64,000 bases of DNA from Candidatus Bathyarchaeia archaeon (lineage in GTDB: Archaea; Thermoproteota; Bathyarchaeia; Bathyarchaeales; Bathycorpusculaceae), in assembly GCA_038883775.1 (NCBI GenBank), contig JAVZLM010000007.1, positions 46,177 to 110,176 of the forward strand, in the 5' to 3' direction. The notes under the pieces were generated by a model. The model was not told where the DNA came from. It saw only the letters and a program-made list of their open reading frames with translations, and made no database searches. The number at the start of each line of letters is the position of its first letter. The stretch's first letter is position 1. Below are positions 59,173 to 64,000 of the stretch, one piece after another. A program made the position numbers and the translations under genes.

Positions 59173-59409
59173 TTGATAGGTCCTCCGAAGCTTACCCGTT
59201 TCGAAAAGGCTAGGATAGTGGGAGCTAGGGCTTTACAAATATCCATGGGGGCTCCGATACTTGTGGAGATTTCTGAAGGGTTTTCCAGTCCCATAGACAT
59301 AGCCCTAAAAGAGCTTGAAGCTGGAATTTTGCCGATGACTATTAGGCGAACATTGCCAGACGGCACATACCAAGATATTCCGCTTAAATGGTTGCTAGAG
59401 GAAACATAA
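59173..59409 (+). CDS. rpoK: DNA-directed RNA polymerase subunit K (Rpo6)
   Basis: 78 aa. [22 protein letters not shown] is the Rpo6/omega-like signature. Confidence 0.88.
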   Translation: MIGPPKLTRFEKARIVGARALQISMGAPILVEISEGFSSPIDIALKELEAGILPMTIRRTLPDGTYQDIPLKWLLEET

Positions 59410-60225
59410 TTAGAATGGTGGAGGAGGCGGAGGAGGAACCTTCAAGCTTTCTTCTCTTGCTCGCATGGAATAATAGTAGAATGCTGATGCGATTGGAATG
59501 ATTGGGGCAATTACTGAGCTAACAATGATGCAAGCTAATGTACCGTATATTCCAAGCGGAGCCAAAATCAGATTTGCTACAAAAGCTAAAGCCCCAGTTA
59601 TCAGTCCAAGTATTAATGCTAGGGCAAACGTTTTAAGCCATCTATTACTTACAAGCTCTCTACTTCTAGACAAGCTTTCAAAAGCACCCTTCTGTTCCAC
59701 TATAATAACTGGAATTACAAGATAGAACATTATGTATATTATTATGCCTGGGATTATAAAAAGCAGCATACCCAAAATTGTTAGGATTCCAACTATCAGC
59801 GATGCAACTAAAAGGGAAGGAAGCTTTGAAACAGCGAAATTGAAGGAGTCGCTCAAACTTGCCTTCCCTTTTTCAATAATGTCAGAAGCAGATTTAATCA
59901 AAACTCCAGAGACAACATTACCTATCAACCATGAAATTATGGCGATAAGAAAGGCTAAAGCCATAAGCGTCAAGAACATGTTCAAAAACCTAGGCAAAAC
60001 AGTTTCTGGAGGACCAGTAAAATCTATTTTTGTGATTTCTTCTGTGTAAGTGAGTATTGGAAGGTCCAGCAGAGCTGAGATGATACTAAATATCAGGTAC
60101 GGTATGAAGAAGATACCAAAGTTGTTAAGGTATAAACTAAATGTTAAGGAAATGTTTTCTTCAATGGTCAATTCACGTGTAGGCTTTGATGATGTGAACA
60201 TCTGATTCTTATTTATATTGTTCAA
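59410..60225 (-). CDS. polytopic membrane protein with C-terminal poly-proline tail
   Basis: 271 aa with about 6 TM helices, ending ...SLKVPPPPPPPPF. No family recognised. Confidence 0.6.
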   Translation of the reverse strand: MNNINKNQMFTSSKPTRELTIEENISLTFSLYLNNFGIFFIPYLIFSIISALLDLPILTYTEEITKIDFTGPPETVLPRFLNMFLTLMALAFLIAIISWLIGNVVSGVLIKSASDIIEKGKASLSDSFNFAVSKLPSLLVASLIVGILTILGMLLFIIPGIIIYIMFYLVIPVIIVEQKGAFESLSRSRELVSNRWLKTFALALILGLITGALAFVANLILAPLGIYGTLACIIVSSVIAPIIPIASAFYYYSMRAREESLKVPPPPPPPF

Positions 60226-60251
60226 TGGTTTTAATAAATTTGTGTTTTAAT

Positions 60252-60770
60252 TTATGTTCGCTTTTCTAAGACCTCTAGATTTTCCTTTGCTGTTTCAAGG
60301 GTTTTTCTTATTTTTGTCCAGTGGGCTCCTTGCCAGTAAATTTTTCCGCATTTTGGGCATTCCCAAAACTCGTTGTAGTATGTGAATGTGCTTTTTTCCA
60401 CTTTGTCTGCTGCTTTTTCTTTTGGTATTGGTTTCACTTTTGCGTTGCATTTTGGGCATCTTGATGTTGCCATGTCTATGTCTAATTGGATTTTGAATCT
60501 TTTTGCAAGTTGCGCCAGTCTTTCGGCTTCGTTTGTTCCTTCAAGATAGAAGGCGTTTACCCCTTTTGCTGTGGCTTGTTGATAAAGCTCCAAATCTCGT
60601 GTGAGAAGGATTCTCCGTTCCTTTTTTGCTATGGTGATTAGCTGGTTGTCGTCAAGTTTGCTTGAATATTTCACATTGTGCCCTAACATGCGAAGCCAAC
60701 GGGTAAGTTTTCCAAGCATACCATCTGTGATGAACTTCAAATTTATTCTCTCCGAATTATTTCTCCACAT
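60252..60770 (-). CDS. Mut7-C RNase domain (DUF82, PIN-like plus Zn ribbon) protein
   Basis: FITDGMLGKLTRWLRMLGHNV... and C-terminal CPKCN...CPKCGKIYWQGAHW. It overlaps the pyrC 3' end by 28 nt. Confidence 0.8.
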   Translation of the reverse strand: MWRNNSERINLKFITDGMLGKLTRWLRMLGHNVKYSSKLDDNQLITIAKKERRILLTRDLELYQQATAKGVNAFYLEGTNEAERLAQLAKRFKIQLDIDMATSRCPKCNAKVKPIPKEKAADKVEKSTFTYYNEFWECPKCGKIYWQGAHWTKIRKTLETAKENLEVLEKRT

Positions 60771-62113
60771 CCAGCCTCAGCGACTATTTCGCCTTCATCC
60801 ATGACCAAATGACCTTTAACAAAGGTTTTTACTGGTTTTCCTTTAACCTTGTATCCCTCGAAGGGAGAGAATTTCGCTTTTGAATGGAATTTTGATGCGT
60901 CTATTTTGCCTTTTCTTTTTAAATCAATAACTGTCAAGTCTGCAAAATTTCCTTTTTCTATGGCACCCCTGCCCTTAAGTTTAAAGATTTCGGCTGGTTT
61001 TTCTGCCATTAACTTGACAACATCCGCTATTGACAATCTTCCATGGTTAACTTCCGTGAGTAAAAGCGGCAATGTTGTTTCTAAACCTGGTATTCCAACC
61101 TTAACATTCCAAACATTTTCAGCCTTTTTCTCTGCCAAAGTATGCGGAGCATGGTCTGAAGCTAAAATGTCGATCCAACCACTTTTAACGCCATGCCAAA
61201 GAGCTAAAGCGCTCTTTCTGTTTCGGACTGGCGGCAAAGTCAATGTTAAAGTGCCAATTTTCCTCAAGTCTTTAACCGATAAAAACATGTGATGAGGTGT
61301 GGCTTCGCAGCTTATTGGTAATCCTAAACTTTTTCCTTTCATTATTGTTTCCAGTCCCTTTTTTGTGCTTACGTGGCAAAAATGTATGGGGACACGGGTT
61401 TGTTTGACGATTTTTAGCAAACGTTTTACGACTTTCCATTCTGCATTTTCCGAATGCGCTTTCAAAAATGCTTCAATGTCATTGCGATTAAGCCGTTTAT
61501 AGTTTTCTTCAGCTCTTTTTATCGTTTCTTTATCTTCTGCGTGAACAGCCACCAAAGTTTTCAATTTGGCAATAGTCTCAAATGCTTCCAACAAGGTTTT
61601 ATCATCGTCTATATTTAATCCGCCCACTTGTTCCATCATGAAAAGCTTGAAGGCGACAGCCCCTGCCTTAACAATTGCTTGAATCTCATTCATTCTCTTT
61701 GGAAATTCAGAGTAAAAGCCAACATTAACCAAAATCTTTTTTTCAGCAATTTCCATGCGCCTTCTTAAAGTTTCAGTGCTCATGGTTACTGGGTCGTTGT
61801 TTGGCATGTCTAAAACTGTTGTTATCCCCCCCGCTGCAGCAGCCGCTGTTCCACTGTAAAAGTCTTCTTTGTAGGCTTTTCCCTCATCCCTCAAATGCGT
61901 GTGAATATCTATTAAACCAGGCAAAATTAGGAGATTTTTTGAATCCATTTTTTCTTCTGCTTTTGGCATGTTTGCTTCTTTGCCTATACTGTAGATTTTG
62001 CCGTTTTCTATGGCGATGCTACACTCTACTAATTTTTTGTTTACGTAGGCTTTCGCGTTGCTTAAAACTAAGTCAACGGTCAAAGCGGACGCTCTCTCTT
62101 TTATTTCAAACAT
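60743..62113 (-). CDS. pyrC: dihydroorotase (cyclic amidohydrolase family)
   Basis: LPGLIDIHTHLRDEG, GGITTVLDMPN, VHAED and ASDHAPH motifs. An allantoinase or dihydropyrimidinase paralogue is not excluded. Confidence 0.78.
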   Translation of the reverse strand: MFEIKERASALTVDLVLSNAKAYVNKKLVECSIAIENGKIYSIGKEANMPKAEEKMDSKNLLILPGLIDIHTHLRDEGKAYKEDFYSGTAAAAAGGITTVLDMPNNDPVTMSTETLRRRMEIAEKKILVNVGFYSEFPKRMNEIQAIVKAGAVAFKLFMMEQVGGLNIDDDKTLLEAFETIAKLKTLVAVHAEDKETIKRAEENYKRLNRNDIEAFLKAHSENAEWKVVKRLLKIVKQTRVPIHFCHVSTKKGLETIMKGKSLGLPISCEATPHHMFLSVKDLRKIGTLTLTLPPVRNRKSALALWHGVKSGWIDILASDHAPHTLAEKKAENVWNVKVGIPGLETTLPLLLTEVNHGRLSIADVVKLMAEKPAEIFKLKGRGAIEKGNFADLTVIDLKRKGKIDASKFHSKAKFSPFEGYKVKGKPVKTFVKGHLVMDEGEIVAEAGCGEIIRRE

Positions 62114-62117
62114 GAAA

Positions 62118-63026
62118 TTATTCTATTATTTTAAAGAAATCTCTTTCCGTTAAGATCCCTACAAGTTTCTCATTTTCAACAACTGGTATAGCGCCCACGT
62201 TCTTTTCTCGCATAATTTTTGCTGCCTTGCCAATGTCTGCATTTGGTTCGATTGTTGCAACTTCTTTCGTTGCTATTTCTATGGCGAGCGTGTTTAGAAC
62301 TTGGATTATGTTTCCCGATTGTAAGTATGTGAAAACTTTTCCTGAACCGAAAAATCTTATGATGTCCATGGCTGTTATTATGCCCATTATCTTGCCGTCA
62401 GACACTATGGGCAGTCTTCTAAATCCTTGAGTTGCCATTGTTTTTTCAGCCTCAAAAATTGTTGTTTTTAGCATGGCGGTAACAACTTTTTCTGACATCA
62501 ACTCGGCAACTTTTACGCCGCTCATTCTGTCGGCAAACATGTTGGCTATGTCCCTTTCAGTGATTATTGCTCTAACGCGGTTTTCTTCGTCAACCACTGG
62601 TAAACCGCCAAGATTTTTCTCCCTCATCAGTTTTACTGCTTCACTTATTTTTGAAGAAGTTTTAACGGAAACAACATTTTTTGTCATTATGAGTCTCACC
62701 GGCTCGTTTATGGCTTTGAAAAAGTTTCCGCCATGTTTCTGCTGAATTATTTCAAATTTTTTCCCACCACCAAGATAGTCGATTAGGTCTGTGGCTGTTA
62801 TGATTCCTTCAAGGGCTTTTGTTCCTGGGTTGGCTATGGGTATTCGGCGAAAACCTTCCTTTGCCATGATTCGGATTGCATCGTAAATTGGTGTGGTGGG
62901 CGCCATGGTTACAACAGGGCTTTTTGCGATGTGCATTATTTCGCTTTCACGTTTTTTCGAAGGATGAACCCTCAAAGAGAGGGGCCCTCTCTCCTTTAAT
63001 GTCCTTCTAAAGGTTTCTCTGCTCAA
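62118..63026 (-). CDS. CBS-domain protein (four CBS repeats)
   Basis: Repeated ...(I/V)M(T/S)..V(V/I)T(V/A)...(G/R)R(L/I)P(V/I)V... blocks. The start may be an internal Met. Confidence 0.75.
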   Translation of the reverse strand: MSRETFRRTLKERGPLSLRVHPSKKRESEIMHIAKSPVVTMAPTTPIYDAIRIMAKEGFRRIPIANPGTKALEGIITATDLIDYLGGGKKFEIIQQKHGGNFFKAINEPVRLIMTKNVVSVKTSSKISEAVKLMREKNLGGLPVVDEENRVRAIITERDIANMFADRMSGVKVAELMSEKVVTAMLKTTIFEAEKTMATQGFRRLPIVSDGKIMGIITAMDIIRFFGSGKVFTYLQSGNIIQVLNTLAIEIATKEVATIEPNADIGKAAKIMREKNVGAIPVVENEKLVGILTERDFFKIIE

Positions 63027-63038
63027 AATATCATCCTC

Positions 63039-63824
63039 TCATTTAACAACTAACCTAACAACATCCTCTCTGTCAACTATGCCAATCAATTTACCCTGCT
63101 TATTTATTACGGGAACCCTTCCAATATCTTTTGAAACCATGATTTTTGCAACTCTAATCATTTTTATGTGTGGTTCTACGGCTATAACTTGAGTATTCAT
63201 GACTGAAGAAATTTTGGAAGACCCTCGAAAGCGTCCCTTCTTTGACTCAAATGTAGGTAATAACGCTCCACTTTGGATGAGGTCTTTTTGTGTGACAATT
63301 CCCACTAACTTATCATTTTTTGTGACGGGCAATCCTCCAAGGGATTTGGTTTGCATCAAGCGCCAAATGTTGTCCAACTCATCTTCTGGAGAACAAGCCA
63401 AAACATTTTTTGACATTACTTCTTCAACAGTTCTAGCAAGTTTTTCTGGGCTCGTCTTAATTATGGCTTCGATGAAGTTTTCTAAGCCAAAAACTCCCAT
63501 GTAATTTCTGTCTTGAATAGTGTTTATGACTGGTGTATTCCATTCGTCCAGTCGAATCATTTCTTTAACAGCGGAAACGGCATCATCTTCTATTGTTGCT
63601 GTGTGTTTTGGGTTTCTCATTATTCCTTTAACTCTTATTGGAGAGACGGCGGAGGAAATTGTCATGACGTCGCTGCGGGAAACTATGCCAATAAGCTTTT
63701 TAGTTTTGTCTATTACTGGGAGAATTCTTAGGGCAAAATCGCGGATTATTGCTCTGGCTTTGGTGGCAAGTTCATCTTCATAAATGAATGGGTGCTTTTC
63801 ATTCATGATTTCTTTAACACGCAA
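63039..63824 (-). CDS. CBS-domain protein (four CBS repeats)
   Basis: 261 aa with the same repeat pattern as the neighbour. The two are tandem paralogues. Confidence 0.75.
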   Translation of the reverse strand: MRVKEIMNEKHPFIYEDELATKARAIIRDFALRILPVIDKTKKLIGIVSRSDVMTISSAVSPIRVKGIMRNPKHTATIEDDAVSAVKEMIRLDEWNTPVINTIQDRNYMGVFGLENFIEAIIKTSPEKLARTVEEVMSKNVLACSPEDELDNIWRLMQTKSLGGLPVTKNDKLVGIVTQKDLIQSGALLPTFESKKGRFRGSSKISSVMNTQVIAVEPHIKMIRVAKIMVSKDIGRVPVINKQGKLIGIVDREDVVRLVVK

Positions 63825-63833
63825 AAATCGCCC

Positions 63834-64000
63834 TCACCCTTCCTCTTCTTCTAACTCCACTCTACACTCTTCACAGACAAATTCTCCATTAACCTCTTTT
63901 AAATCTTCAGACCATCCGCCACAGCGGTCACAATAACCAGCAAGTGGAGTAGATTCTTCAGCGCTTTCTTGAGCCCTGTTTTCGCCTTCTATAAGTGCCC
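63834..64000 (-). CDS. partial CDS (C-terminal end) with Zn-ribbon CxxC..CxxC
   Basis: An open frame to the window edge reads ...AGYCDRCGGWSEDLKEVNGEFVCEECRVELEEEEG*. The 5' end lies outside the window. Confidence 0.45.
   Translation of the reverse strand, partial: ALIEGENRAQESAEESTPLAGYCDRCGGWSEDLKEVNGEFVCEECRVELEEEEG

Noticed and set aside
1-64000. CRISPR arrays, rRNA/tRNA genes, transposases, integrases or prophage genes
   Set aside because: No regularly spaced direct repeats were seen. No intergenic gap is large or GC-rich enough to hold structured RNA genes. No ORF resembles a transposase, integrase or capsid protein. This was checked by manual inspection only, so a tRNAscan/Infernal run would be decisive.

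Overview
The window is a densely packed archaeal chromosomal segment that looks AT-rich by eye. About 70 protein genes lie on both strands. I found no rRNA, tRNA, CRISPR array, transposase or integrase. The archaeal assignment rests on hallmark genes: archaeal-type SAM synthetase, thermosome, CDC48, aEF-1beta, Pth2, RNA polymerase subunit K/Rpo6, FEN-1, Trm5, FAU-1, RtcA and geranylgeranyl reductase. I cannot place the lineage from sequence alone; a fermentative, Bathyarchaeia-like TACK archaeon is only a guess. Most genes are housekeeping or central metabolism: pyrC, pyrF, guaA-B, glmS, thrC, trpB2, korABC, etfAB, a D-aminoacylase/amidohydrolase pair and an APC permease. The leads most worth follow-up are these. 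(1) A five-gene, translationally coupled operon of unrecognisable membrane proteins (12455..15809) is transcribed divergently from an orphan MutL-like ASKHA ATPase and a hybrid-barrel/KOW-like partner (16059..19027). (2) The pcm gene is interrupted by a discrete 28-nt hairpin-containing insert exactly inside a conserved motif. (3) An EamA transporter gene carries four frameshifts, three at 5-nt homopolymer runs and one near a T3 run. (4) A 43-nt perfectly identical repeat links the D1 and D2 modules of cdc48. (5) Two cell-surface proteins sit side by side, one combining a beta-propeller with calcium-binding repeats. (6) An orphan nucleotidyltransferase-fold protein lies opposite a metallophosphoesterase. 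All family calls come from reading the supplied translations by eye; no searches were run.
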